DNA of 64,000 nucleotides, taken from NCBI GenBank assembly GCA_017889635.1, contig JAGGAC010000008.1, positions 41,578 to 105,577 of the forward strand, read 5' to 3'. Both the position numbers and the translations under genes were made by a program. Of this stretch, positions 1 through 9,451 are shown piece after piece. The stretch's first letter is position 1. Every line of letters starts with the position of its first letter. Origin of the DNA: Bacillota bacterium. Lineage in GTDB: Bacteria; Bacillota; Negativicutes; Sporomusales; CTSoil-080. The notes beneath the pieces were generated by a model. That model was not told the DNA's origin. It searched no databases and saw only the letters and a list, made by a program, of their open reading frames with translations.

Positions 1-1
1 G

Positions 2-2728
2 GCTTACGAGGAAGAATTGTTGTTACGCAAACGATCGGAAGAAGCATTGGCGAAAAGTGAAGAACGTTATAGGTTGGCTTTGGAAGCGGCAAGCGATGGA
101 TTTTGGGATTACGATTTTAATAAGGATGAAGTTTTTTACTCTGAAAGGCTGGCCGAGCTTACCGGAATTGCTCCGGGACAAAAGTTGACTTTGGATGAGT
201 TTACAAGACAAGTTATTCCTAGTAAAGAGTTGCCAAAAATGTATGCTGCTGCTCAGGCTCATTTGGAAGGGCGGACTCCCTTTTTCTTTTTTGTATTTCG
301 GTGGGATAAGCCAACTGGAGTGTGCTGGCTCTATATACGGGGAAGACGACAATGTGACACGAATGGGCAACCTGTAAGGGTTGTTGGTTCAGTAACTGAC
401 ATTACGGTATCCAAAGAGATGGAAATTCAGTTGCGGGATAAAAATGTACAGCTTAATACTTTGAATCATGAAGTAACTGCTTTATACCAGCAAGTTGCCG
501 CTTCGGAAGAGGAAATGCGGGCGCAGTATGAAGAGTTATTAACAACGAAAGAGGCGCTGGCAAAAAGCGAGGATCGCTATAGATTAGCTATTGAAGGAGC
601 TAATGACGGAATATGGGATCATGATTTTATAAATGACCGGCTTTATCTGTCAGAGCGGAGCAGGGAAATCATGAAGTTAGAACCTCGGGAATATTGGACA
701 ATGCAGGAGTTTATGGATGCAGTTGTTGTTCCTGAGGATATGGATAAGTTTAATGAAGTCCGAGGGACGTATGCGTTTGGGGAAACGCCATATTTTACCT
801 GTGTGCACCGTGTTAAGACGGTACCTGGAGTTTTGGTGCTGGTTAAGTCAAAGCTTGTTTGCGACGAAGCGGGAAAGCCTGTCCGCATGGCCGGATCGCA
901 TACCGATATTACGGCGGAATATGCCAAAAATGATGAACTTAAACGCAAAAATGAAGAATTGGTTTCTTTGTTTAGTGAGCTGTCGGCTACGGAGGAAGAA
1001 CTCAGGGCTCAGTTTGAAGAATTGGAAACGGCCCGTGACGCTTTTATGAGAAGTGAAGAAAGGTATAAATTAGCGGTAGAAGGATCTAGAGACGGCATTT
1101 GGGACTGGGATGCGCTGAAAGATGAATTATATCTGTCAGATCGGTCAGCTGAAATTTTTGGTTTTTATCCGAACAGGGTTATGACGATAGCGGAATACCG
1201 TAATCGGTTTATCTATCCGGAGGATAGGGCGATGATCATGCAGATGGCCGAAGAGATGGTGAAGACTTGCAATACTGAGTTTACTTGTGAACATCGGGTG
1301 ATAACTCCGCGGGGCATTAAATGGGTTCTTGTTCGGAGTAAAAGTTTATATAATGCTTGCGGGCGTATTATTCGTGTTGCTGGTTCTCATACCGATATAA
1401 CTGATCGAAAAAAGAATGAAGAAACGATTAGCTATTTAGCTTATCATGATTTTCTGACTGGACTTTTCAACCGAGCTGCGTTTGATGATAAATTGCAGAA
1501 GACGATTGAGCATTGTTTAGTATCAAGCTGCACCGGCATGCTGATTTCAATTGACCTTGATAATTTCAAAGTTATTAATGATACTTATGGCCATGGCTTT
1601 GGTGATAAGGTTTTATGTTATGTCGGGCAAAAGCTTTCTAAGGTTGCTAATAATGGTGCATTTGCTGTGCGTACAGGCGGCGACGAATTTGTTCTTCTTT
1701 TCGAGCAAGTATCTGACCGAGGTGAGGCTGAAGGCTATGTTAATCAAGTAATACAACTATTTGCCAAACCAATTGTTTTGTCCGGAAAATTAATCTATCT
1801 TACTGCTAGTAGCGGTGTATTTATGTTTCCAGACGAGGTTAGCACCGCCGATGAGGTATTAAAATGTGCCGACTTAGCGCTGTTTCGGGCAAAGGCTCAG
1901 GGGAAAAATCAGTGTGCTTTTTTTGATAGAGCTATTGATACTGTGACCAAAAGAAGAATGCGGATGGAGCAGAGTTTGCGGTCAGCGTTTGACCAAAATG
2001 AATTCCGGCTTTTATACCAACCGCAGATTGATGCAAAAACCGGAGAAATCTATGGTTTTGAAGCCTTGATTCGATGGAATAGTCGAGAGTATGGATTTGT
2101 TTTGCCAATGGAATTTATTGGGTTGGCAGAAGAAACCGGGTTAATTGTACCTATAGGACGTTGGGTGTTAAGGGAGGCGTGTCAATTCCTTTCGTTGCTC
2201 CGGAAGGAAGGTTATTGTGATTTAAGTATTTCTGTCAATGTGTCAGCACTTGAACTATTGCAGAACGATTATGTTCAAGTAGTAAAGAGGATTATTGAGG
2301 AAGAAGGAGTTCCGGCATCCTTTCTAGGTCTTGAGATAACAGAAAGTATGCTGATGGAATCATATGAATCCAACCGCGATAAGCTAGAAAAGATCCGGCA
2401 ACTTGGTGTTGCAATTTATCTTGATGATTTTGGAACAGGATATTCTTCATTGAAGCACTTGAAAAACCTGCCAATCGATTATATTAAGATTGACAAATCT
2501 TTTGTTGCCGACCTAGCTGATGGCGATTCAGATAAAGAACTTATCGAGCCTATTTTAGAATTGGCGCGCCGGAGTGGAATTAAGACGGTTGTCGAAGGGG
2601 TCGAAACTGAGTATCAGTTAAAAAAGCTTACTAGTTATGGGTGTGATTTAGTTCAAGGATATTATTTCAATCCTCCGGTTTCTGAAGATAAGGCTAAGAG
2701 CATTTTGAAAGAAGACTCCCGCTTGTAA
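2..2728 (+). CDS. PAS x3 - GGDEF - EAL signalling protein (c-di-GMP cyclase/phosphodiesterase), 5' end truncated by the window
   Basis: The frame is open from nt 2. There are three tandem coiled-coil+PAS modules (AKSEERYRLA..GFWDYD, AKSEDRYRLA..GIWDHD, MRSEERYKLA..GIWDWD). GGDEF motif RTGGDEFVLLF. EAL motifs EALIRW, DDFGTGYSSL, EGVET, QGYYF. Confidence 0.9.
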   Translation, partial: AYEEELLLRKRSEEALAKSEERYRLALEAASDGFWDYDFNKDEVFYSERLAELTGIAPGQKLTLDEFTRQVIPSKELPKMYAAAQAHLEGRTPFFFFVFRWDKPTGVCWLYIRGRRQCDTNGQPVRVVGSVTDITVSKEMEIQLRDKNVQLNTLNHEVTALYQQVAASEEEMRAQYEELLTTKEALAKSEDRYRLAIEGANDGIWDHDFINDRLYLSERSREIMKLEPREYWTMQEFMDAVVVPEDMDKFNEVRGTYAFGETPYFTCVHRVKTVPGVLVLVKSKLVCDEAGKPVRMAGSHTDITAEYAKNDELKRKNEELVSLFSELSATEEELRAQFEELETARDAFMRSEERYKLAVEGSRDGIWDWDALKDELYLSDRSAEIFGFYPNRVMTIAEYRNRFIYPEDRAMIMQMAEEMVKTCNTEFTCEHRVITPRGIKWVLVRSKSLYNACGRIIRVAGSHTDITDRKKNEETISYLAYHDFLTGLFNRAAFDDKLQKTIEHCLVSSCTGMLISIDLDNFKVINDTYGHGFGDKVLCYVGQKLSKVANNGAFAVRTGGDEFVLLFEQVSDRGEAEGYVNQVIQLFAKPIVLSGKLIYLTASSGVFMFPDEVSTADEVLKCADLALFRAKAQGKNQCAFFDRAIDTVTKRRMRMEQSLRSAFDQNEFRLLYQPQIDAKTGEIYGFEALIRWNSREYGFVLPMEFIGLAEETGLIVPIGRWVLREACQFLSLLRKEGYCDLSISVNVSALELLQNDYVQVVKRIIEEEGVPASFLGLEITESMLMESYESNRDKLEKIRQLGVAIYLDDFGTGYSSLKHLKNLPIDYIKIDKSFVADLADGDSDKELIEPILELARRSGIKTVVEGVETEYQLKKLTSYGCDLVQGYYFNPPVSEDKAKSILKEDSRL

Positions 2729-2750
2729 ACGTGGGAGTCTTCTTAATTTC
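2711..2750 (+). terminator. Hairpin terminator overlapping the stop codon
   Basis: GAAGACTCCC / GGGAGTCTTC 10-bp stem followed by T-rich sequence. Confidence 0.6.
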
Positions 2751-2915
2751 TTCATGTATTTGCCAATATAAAGGGAAATATTGCTTTTTGTCGAAAAAGT
2801 GTGTGATTCAAATTATATTTAATGTGACTTGAATTATTATGTGTTAAGGGGAACTTTTTTAAGCAAAAAAATGAATGGCGGAAGGATAAAAGTTTATTAT
2901 GAAAGGGTGTAATGA

Positions 2916-3263
2916 TTGGGGAAGATATGTTCAATATGTCAGAGGAAAATTGAAGAAGATGATGTATTTTATTGCCCTGGGTGTGGAACTAAGCTTCATT
3001 TGCAAGAAGAATATAATTGTTTAAATTGCGGACAAGAAAATGAGAGAGATGCATTGTTTTGCAAAAAGTGTGGCTCAAGTTTGACAGAACAGACAAGTGT
3101 AGCTGCTACAATAGCTTTACAGTCTAAACCTCAGGCTGTTCAGCAAGCTAAGACTCAGGTTTTAAATTATGCCAAAAGAATTAAAGCATGGGCTTACTCA
3201 TATCGCTATGCGAATATTGTTATTGGTGTTGTTATCAATATTAGGCTCTTACATATATTTTAA
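2916..3263 (+). CDS. Double zinc-ribbon protein, probably the 5' part of a split gene
   Basis: CxxC..CxxC and CxxC..CxxC motifs (CSICQ..CPGCG, CLNCG..CKKCG). TTG start 6 nt after AAAGGGTG. The 3' end overlaps the next ORF by 95 nt. Confidence 0.55.
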   Translation: MGKICSICQRKIEEDDVFYCPGCGTKLHLQEEYNCLNCGQENERDALFCKKCGSSLTEQTSVAATIALQSKPQAVQQAKTQVLNYAKRIKAWAYSYRYANIVIGVVINIRLLHIF

Positions 3264-4179
3264 TTATGTGAATGAAAGCCGTTATTTGGCAAGGTTTAAT
3301 GAAGCATCACGTAAAATTTCAAGTGCTAATGATGTGTTGACTTCGAACATTACTCCGGATATTGTAAAGTCTACGCAAATTGATTCAATAAGTCAGCAAA
3401 TACAAGAGCAAAAAGTAGAAATTGATACGCTGGAAAAGGATTTTGCAGAGAAAAAGAGTCCGGAAAAATATCGGGATCAGCATAAAATTATGATTAATTT
3501 ATTGGGCCTTGAAAGTTCTATTTTGAAAGACGCTTCACTGATTTTAACTAACCCATTAACTGCAGAAACTGATAGTTTATTAGTGTCTATTAAGGGGAAT
3601 ATTGATGGTGCCGAGGGAATGGCTAATCAAATTCAAATATCAAGTGATAATGTAAGGTTATCCACTAATATGGTTGCGCTCCCGCATCAACTAACAGTTT
3701 ATGTTGAAGAAAAACGTAGAGTTAATAAAGAAAGAATGGATCGCTTAGCAGCTATGAATAAGTTCTTTACTAGTATGGATGCTATAATTCAAAAGTATAA
3801 CAATGCAAAAACCGATTTTGTAGGTACTCTTGAAAATCTAAGAAAGGGCGGAGATAATTGGGATGATTACTTTAGCGCCCTTGGAGATGCAAAAAAAATC
3901 CGAGTTTCATTAAGAAATCAGGTGAGTAGCATAAAAGCGCCTAGAGAAGCTGAAGCCTTGAAACGTCAGTTTAATGAGGTATTGACACAATCTATTAATT
4001 ATTGTGATATGATGAATGATGCGGCAAATATGGAACACAGTACAATTTTTTATGTTGCACAGCCAAAATACAAAGAGGCGGCAAATGCTAATGATGACGT
4101 CCAAAAAGCTTATAGCGCTTTTATAACAAATTATGAAGCAGAAAAGAGTCGTTTGACCAATATAGATAATTATAAATGA
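3169..4179 (+). CDS. Membrane-anchored helical protein, probably the 3' part of the same zinc-ribbon gene
   Basis: N-terminal TM segment MRILLLVLLSILGSYIYF, then a long helical ectodomain. There is no RBS before either candidate ATG (3169 or 3208). Confidence 0.55.
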   Translation: MPKELKHGLTHIAMRILLLVLLSILGSYIYFNYVNESRYLARFNEASRKISSANDVLTSNITPDIVKSTQIDSISQQIQEQKVEIDTLEKDFAEKKSPEKYRDQHKIMINLLGLESSILKDASLILTNPLTAETDSLLVSIKGNIDGAEGMANQIQISSDNVRLSTNMVALPHQLTVYVEEKRRVNKERMDRLAAMNKFFTSMDAIIQKYNNAKTDFVGTLENLRKGGDNWDDYFSALGDAKKIRVSLRNQVSSIKAPREAEALKRQFNEVLTQSINYCDMMNDAANMEHSTIFYVAQPKYKEAANANDDVQKAYSAFITNYEAEKSRLTNIDNYK

Positions 4180-4203
4180 GCAAAGTATCTAACAAATATA
4201 TTT

Positions 4204-4279
4204 GGTATTACAAGTGAGCATTGTGTTTGGAGGAGGGATACTTAGAGCGAATTTAGTTCGAGTCTTACAGGCTGTTAAC
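4204..4279 (+). repeat. Intergenic box, copy A (GGTATTACAAGTGAGCATTGTGTTTGGAGG ... CTTACAGGCTGTTAAC)
   Basis: The same box recurs at 5144..5172 and 13092..13213. Confidence 0.55.
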
Positions 4280-4307
4280 TGATATTGTTTAATGCTCCTC
4301 TATAGTC

Positions 4308-4348
4308 AAGACACCGATGGGAGAATTAGCTCCCTTCGGTGTCTTTTT
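4308..4348 (+). terminator. Rho-independent terminator
   Basis: AAGACACCG ... CGGTGTCTT stem followed by TTTTT. Confidence 0.7.
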
Positions 4349-4515
4349 ACAAGAGTATGGTACGCGCTTATTTTCTTAGAGTAATTTACCAGCGATTTTT
4401 CTTGGCTAAAGGTGTGGCTAAAGGACGGAAAATATTGCATGGGTAGCCGGGAAGACAATTTGAATGGTTTTTTGATGTTATATAGGTAAAATACACAAAT
4501 TGGAAAAACGGTTTA

Positions 4516-4544
4516 TTGAATATAAAACTAAATGTTGTTATAAT
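4516..4544 (+). promoter_or_regulatory. Sigma-A type promoter for the OmpH/Skp gene
   Basis: TTGAAT, 17 nt, TGT-TATAAT (extended -10). It lies inside the ORF-track N-terminal extension. Confidence 0.6.
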
Positions 4545-4580
4545 AGCAGTGGAATACATGCAGAGAAAAGAGGTGAAACG

Positions 4581-5045
4581 GTGCTTAAACTAAAGGAAAA
4601 TCAAGTTAAAATTGTGTCAATAGTTATAGCAGTTTTCTTCTTAATAGGTGGAGTTGGTATTGTAGTTTCACAAGGTGGTAAGGTAGCTGCAGCTCCGTCT
4701 GTTAATATTGGAATTGTTGATTTTCAATTGCTGATGTCTCAGCAACCAGAGGCAGATGCGGCAGAAAAGGCGATGCAAGCGGCAATTAATCAAGCTAACA
4801 AGGATTTTGAGGCCAAATCGGCTTCCCTGAACGACCAGGAAAAACAAAATTATCATAATCAGTTGCAACAACAATTGAGCAAAAAACAGCAGGAACTATT
4901 TACACCTATCCGTGATAAAGTGGTGGCGGCAATAAAGGAAGTTGCTGATTCTAAAGGTTTAGCAGTAGTTCTAGATAAAGGCGAAGTATCTTATGGCGGT
5001 CAAGATATTACGGTTGAAGTAGGAAAAAAGATTACTGGCAAGTAA
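4581..5045 (+). CDS. OmpH/Skp-family periplasmic chaperone
   Basis: GTG start after AGAGGTG. Signal/TM segment, then a Q/K-rich helical arm and a C-terminal VLDK..DIT motif typical of OmpH. Confidence 0.8.
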   Translation: MLKLKENQVKIVSIVIAVFFLIGGVGIVVSQGGKVAAAPSVNIGIVDFQLLMSQQPEADAAEKAMQAAINQANKDFEAKSASLNDQEKQNYHNQLQQQLSKKQQELFTPIRDKVVAAIKEVADSKGLAVVLDKGEVSYGGQDITVEVGKKITGK

Positions 5046-5092
5046 TTTAACAGCTTATGGAATTGGTTTTAGTCTACTATAAAAAGAAAAAT

Positions 5093-5140
5093 AAAAACAC
5101 CAATAAAGCCTAATCTAAATGGCTTATTGGTGTTTTTATT
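5093..5140 (+). terminator. Rho-independent terminator
   Basis: AAAAACACCAATAAAGCC / GGCTTATTGGTGTTTTT stem with a T-run. Confidence 0.7.
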
Positions 5141-5143
5141 TTT

Positions 5144-5172
5144 GGAATATAAGTGAGCCTTGTGTTTGAGGT
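5144..5172 (+). repeat. Intergenic box, copy B (GGAATATAAGTGAGCCTTGTGTTTGAGGTAGG)
   Basis: Matches copies A and C by eye alignment. Confidence 0.5.
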
Positions 5173-5419
5173 AGGTTACGTGGTCTTCCACCTGAGCGCC
5201 GTTGAAAGATTTGTTATTGGAGCTGGACAAATCTAAAAATAATAAAAACGCGCCGCCGGCACCCCTGACCATAACTAAAACAGGGGTGGATTCTACAAAA
5301 TGGCATCTCGCTTTTCAATTAAGCAAAAATGTTGTATTTATATAAAAATAAGGGAGGAAACGGTCGATAATTGTCGAAAAATATAAAGAATATACACTTG
5401 GCAGGAGTGAAATCGTAGT

Positions 5420-6406
5420 ATGAAGTGTTTGAAGTGCGAAAAAGATAATGATGATACATCTGAATATTGTGTGGCTTGTGAGGCACCATTATTAGCTCAA
5501 CCAACAACTATTGATACATCACCGCCAATTTCTGAATCTGATTCAAGCCTAGCAGATACAAGTATGGCAGGTTCTGATTTTTCTGAGAAAAAAACATTTT
5601 GGCGGAAAATTGTAGGATTCCGTTCGAAAACTAGATGGATGGTATTGGCGAGCTTAGTCTGTGGATTAATTATTATAGCCGTCATTGTATTAAAAAGTAA
5701 CTTATACCAATCTGCTGGTCAAAACACAGTAGCAGTTGCTAAAATGTATCAGGAAGCCGATGGATTTTTAAAAGGGAAAAATTATGGTAAAGCGCAGCAA
5801 GTTCTTAATGATTTAATACAAAGGTATCCTGACTCTTCAGAGGCGGCTCAAGCAAAAGCTATTTTAACCCAAATTGATACTGTTGTTAGGCAGGAAGAAG
5901 AAGCTAAAGCCCAGGAGGCCGCAATTAAGAAAGCTAAACAGAGTGCTGCTCTTAGTATGATGAGGTCCAGGTATGATGAGGCTAAGAATGTTACGTGGTA
6001 CCATGCTTCTTCAACAACACAATATAGAAATGATACTGACTTTTATATTTATATCGGCAAATATAATACGGGTAATATTGAGTTGAAATTTCGAATTCAG
6101 TTTTGCAATGACAACTGGATTAACATAAAAAGGTATGTAATTAAAGCCGATGAGCAAACGTTTGCAATTATTCCTAACAGTAGTGATATAAAGCGTGAGG
6201 CATTAGGTGGGATATATGTTGAATCTATGGATGTTTTATTGGATGCGGATAAGTGCAAAGTTGTAAAAGCTGTTGCGGCTTCAAATAAAACTATTTTGAG
6301 GGTCGAGGGCGATAAATATTATAAAGATCGCGTTATTAGTGCGGAGGAAAAAAATGCTATTCAAAATATATTGCTAGCATATGAGGCCTTGGGTGGAACT
6401 AACTGA
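5420..6406 (+). CDS. Zinc-ribbon / single-TM / TPR-like envelope protein
   Basis: N-terminal CxxC..CxxC (CLKCE..CVACE). TM segment WMVLASLVCGLIIIAVIVL. TPR-like stretch GKNYGKAQQVLNDLIQRYPDSSEAAQA. Confidence 0.7.
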   Translation: MKCLKCEKDNDDTSEYCVACEAPLLAQPTTIDTSPPISESDSSLADTSMAGSDFSEKKTFWRKIVGFRSKTRWMVLASLVCGLIIIAVIVLKSNLYQSAGQNTVAVAKMYQEADGFLKGKNYGKAQQVLNDLIQRYPDSSEAAQAKAILTQIDTVVRQEEEAKAQEAAIKKAKQSAALSMMRSRYDEAKNVTWYHASSTTQYRNDTDFYIYIGKYNTGNIELKFRIQFCNDNWINIKRYVIKADEQTFAIIPNSSDIKREALGGIYVESMDVLLDADKCKVVKAVAASNKTILRVEGDKYYKDRVISAEEKNAIQNILLAYEALGGTN

Positions 6407-6412
6407 GATAAG

Positions 6413-7171
6413 ATGAAATTTTGGAATATAAATTATGTTAGAGTATTTCTTATAATTTTAGTGGCACTTTATATTTCGGTGCCTAGTATTGCTTTTGCTA
6501 CCGATTCCGGCAAAGTAATTCCTGTTTTATTGTATCATCGCGTTAGTCATAAGGCTGATGCTTTAACAATAACTTCTGAAAGATTTCGCAATGATCTAAC
6601 TAAACTAAAGAAAAATGGCTATGAAACGATTTCTTTGCGCGCCTTTGTGGCATATTTAATCGGAAAAGAAACTGCGCTTCCTGCGAAACCGCTATTGATT
6701 ACTTTTGATGATTCATATCAAGATAATTATGATAACGCATTTCCAATATTAAAAGAGAATAATAGTGTAGCTGCCTTTTTTGTGATTACTGGAATGATTG
6801 ATAGAAATAAAGACCGATTGACGTCTAATGAAATTAAAGAGATGTCTGCAGCAGGAATGAGTTTTGGTTCCCATACTGTGTCACATCTACCTTTAAGTCA
6901 AAAGCCAGATGAAAGAATGCAAAATGAATTATTGTTTTCTAAGCAATTTTTAGAAGAGATGCTTGGTGGGGCGATAAGCAGTATTGCATATCCTGAAGGA
7001 TGTTTTACTGAAAATGCTATTCAAATGGCGATTGAACAGGGCTATAATATTGGGTTTACGGTTGAGCCCGGGGTATATTCTAGTAAAATTACTTTGTTTA
7101 AGATTTCGCGTATTCCTGTATTTTATTATACGGGAGATATTATAGAGATTATTAATAAAATATCAAAGTAA
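6413..7171 (+). CDS. Polysaccharide deacetylase (NodB homology domain)
   Basis: Signal peptide. Motifs FDDSYQDNY and GSHTVSH. Confidence 0.85.
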   Translation: MKFWNINYVRVFLIILVALYISVPSIAFATDSGKVIPVLLYHRVSHKADALTITSERFRNDLTKLKKNGYETISLRAFVAYLIGKETALPAKPLLITFDDSYQDNYDNAFPILKENNSVAAFFVITGMIDRNKDRLTSNEIKEMSAAGMSFGSHTVSHLPLSQKPDERMQNELLFSKQFLEEMLGGAISSIAYPEGCFTENAIQMAIEQGYNIGFTVEPGVYSSKITLFKISRIPVFYYTGDIIEIINKISK

Positions 7172-7186
7172 AATCTGTATAAAAAT

Positions 7187-7237
7187 AAAAAAGCACTAAA
7201 CTACACTCGTCCGACGAGTGGTAGTTTAGTGCTTTTT
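7187..7237. terminator. Bidirectional hairpin terminator between convergent genes
   Basis: AAAAAGCACTAAACTAC ... GTAGTTTAGTGCTTTTT. Confidence 0.7.
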
Positions 7238-7355
7238 ACCACAGAATGAAATAAAATATAAAGAGTGCGTCAAGTATTTTTTATGTTTAAAAGTTCCCAA
7301 CTACCAGGAATGTACTAGTTTTCTAGGACGTCCTGAAAGGTAGAAGCGGGGGGGC

Positions 7356-7907
7356 TTATTTTTTGCAACAAAAAATAAAAGCAGGGGGGAGATTCATTGG
7401 AACAAAATGAACGTTTACTTCGTGAAAGTATCTTTTTAGTATGTTTTTCATTTGCAAGGTATACTGATAGCCGATATAAATTCCACCAGGTTTAAGCGAT
7501 TCATTTATTACGTCCATAATGCTATTGCGCAACGCTTCAGGAAAAATGGAAAATGGCAATCCTGATATAATGCAATCAACTTGCGGCATTTCGTAGTGCT
7601 TTAATAACCAGTCAAGTTTTTCTGCTTTGGATCCATAAAAAAATGTTGGATAATTAGCCTGTAAAGTTTTTCTCATTTGATAGTCTTTTTCAACAATCAA
7701 TACCTGGCAGGAGTTTTTTTTGTTTTTAGCTATTACTTCGGTAAATACTCCATTTCCCGCGCCTAATTCAATTAGTGTATCCACATTATCCCAAGGTATA
7801 TTAGATAGTGCCTTTTTTATCAAAAATGACGAACTGGGAGTGACACTGCCAATTTGTTGGGGATGAAGGATAAATTTATAAAGAAAAGAAGCTCTGGATG
7901 TTAGCAA
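7356..7907 (-). CDS. Class I SAM-dependent methyltransferase (phospholipid N-methyltransferase-like)
   Basis: IGSVTPSSSFL followed by the ELGAGNGVFT SAM-binding motif. TTG start after GGAGA. Confidence 0.7.
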   Translation of the reverse strand: MLTSRASFLYKFILHPQQIGSVTPSSSFLIKKALSNIPWDNVDTLIELGAGNGVFTEVIAKNKKNSCQVLIVEKDYQMRKTLQANYPTFFYGSKAEKLDWLLKHYEMPQVDCIISGLPFSIFPEALRNSIMDVINESLKPGGIYIGYQYTLQMKNILKRYFHEVNVHFVPMNLPPAFIFCCKK

Positions 7908-8454
7908 ATTGATTATCTCCTTGTAGTTAATTTTTAAATAAATTACTATTTAACTTAACTGATTTATGACAAAGAAAAAACCAATATAGGGTGGCGTTGC
8001 GGAGAAAAATTCTAAGATTTGCTTGGAGATTCTAATAAATCATTTACGCTCGATGACGGTTTGTGAAATTCTACCACCGTATGAAACGAAGCCGTGATTA
8101 CTTATCTCCTATAAAGATGCTCCTTCCTTACAAGAATATTAAATTAATATTTACCAAATTAAACGCTTTTCCAATTTATCCTTTATTAATTGCCAAAACA
8201 TTTGAACAATAAACAAATTAATTCTATTTAATAAATTTGTATAAGATATCCTTTTCGCGTTAAAAAAGGGAAATCCTTCAAATAAGGTATAAAGGTAATG
8301 TGGAATGAATTAACAATTGAAAAGTTTGCTGCAAATATTTATTAGCAGAGGTGTACAGTCTTGGGGGATGTCCTGATGGAGCAGCTTAATTTTTTTGGTA
8401 CGAAAAGTTAATGGGTTTGTTTTTCTAATAGATGATTTATCAAGTTATGCGGTT

Positions 8455-8483
8455 TTGACGGAAGAGATTAGCTGGCGTATAAT
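8455..8483 (+). promoter_or_regulatory. Sigma-A type promoter
   Basis: TTGACG, 17 nt, TATAAT. Confidence 0.5.
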
Positions 8484-8527
8484 GGTAATATTATTATGCT
8501 GGCGTGGAAAAGGAGGGAAAAATAAAG

Positions 8528-9274
8528 ATGGTTAATGGTGCTTGGCTGGCTGGAAAAAGAATAATGTTTGTTTTCCTGGTGGTTGTGCTGTTTTCTGTGA
8601 ATATTGGGTATTGTGAAGGTTATTATGCTTCTACTCAAAAACGGGATTGGATAGTTCCAAATTTCGGAGTATTCGAGGTTCCTGATAAATTTTATGCTAA
8701 GGACTTAAGTGATTTTGGCAAATTGCTGACGGATCAAAGAAAAATTATTACCGAAGGGACCGATTGTATAAAAGCTCAGATGCCTCTTGCCGGCGATCCG
8801 GATATTAGTATTTATCAAATCACAATTAATGATCGGCAAGTATACCATCAGGCATGGGTAGCTATTGTGAAAGACAAAAGGCCTTCGGCAAGTGTCGATA
8901 CCTTTAGATCAATTCTTGATAATATTGTAAACAGGACTAGCTTAATCGAGGGGCATAATGCTTTGATTCGCGATATTGATAAATTACGTTATAATGATGA
9001 AAATACGGGAATTGGAATAAAAGTTTTGGAATTGCTGCCTGTGGAGTTTCCTATTGTGAATGGAACTAAAGCTGTAGGCGGAAGTGCGAGAGTATTGGTT
9101 AATATTAAGGGGTTGGTTTTCCCGCTCTATGTGAAGGGATACTTGTTTATCGCTGGGGAGTGTTTTGCTGGAGTGGGTTTAATGACTACTGATAGTGATC
9201 GGGAGTTTTGGAATCAGGTTATGAGTGAGATGATTGGGAGTTTAAAGCTTAAATCAGTCAAGGTTGAGAACTGA
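8528..9274 (+). CDS. Secreted or membrane-anchored hypothetical protein
   Basis: ATG preceded by AAGGAGGG. N-terminal hydrophobic signal. I recognise no family. Confidence 0.6.
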   Translation: MVNGAWLAGKRIMFVFLVVVLFSVNIGYCEGYYASTQKRDWIVPNFGVFEVPDKFYAKDLSDFGKLLTDQRKIITEGTDCIKAQMPLAGDPDISIYQITINDRQVYHQAWVAIVKDKRPSASVDTFRSILDNIVNRTSLIEGHNALIRDIDKLRYNDENTGIGIKVLELLPVEFPIVNGTKAVGGSARVLVNIKGLVFPLYVKGYLFIAGECFAGVGLMTTDSDREFWNQVMSEMIGSLKLKSVKVEN

Positions 9275-9291
9275 ATGCTAGCAGGTTTAAT

Positions 9292-9337
9292 AAAACCTCG
9301 TTCTATAGGTAGAGTACCTGTAGAACGAGGTTTTTTA
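9292..9337 (+). terminator. Rho-independent terminator
   Basis: AAAACCTCGTTCTA ... TAGAACGAGGTTTT followed by a T-run. Confidence 0.7.
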
Positions 9338-9451
9338 TTAATAAGGCAATTTTTGGCATAAGCTGGTTTCTTGTGTTTTGTATAGAACTGTGGCGGGATA
9401 TAAATAATAAAAGAAAAATGGGTTAATCATAACCGGCAAGGGGGGTCTTTG

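Noticed and set aside
5069-5507. Minus-strand ORFs 5069..5272 and 5319..5507 between the OmpH gene and the zinc-ribbon gene.
   Set aside because: They have no RBS. The first runs through the OmpH terminator and repeat copy B. The second overlaps the start of the well-supported 5420 gene.
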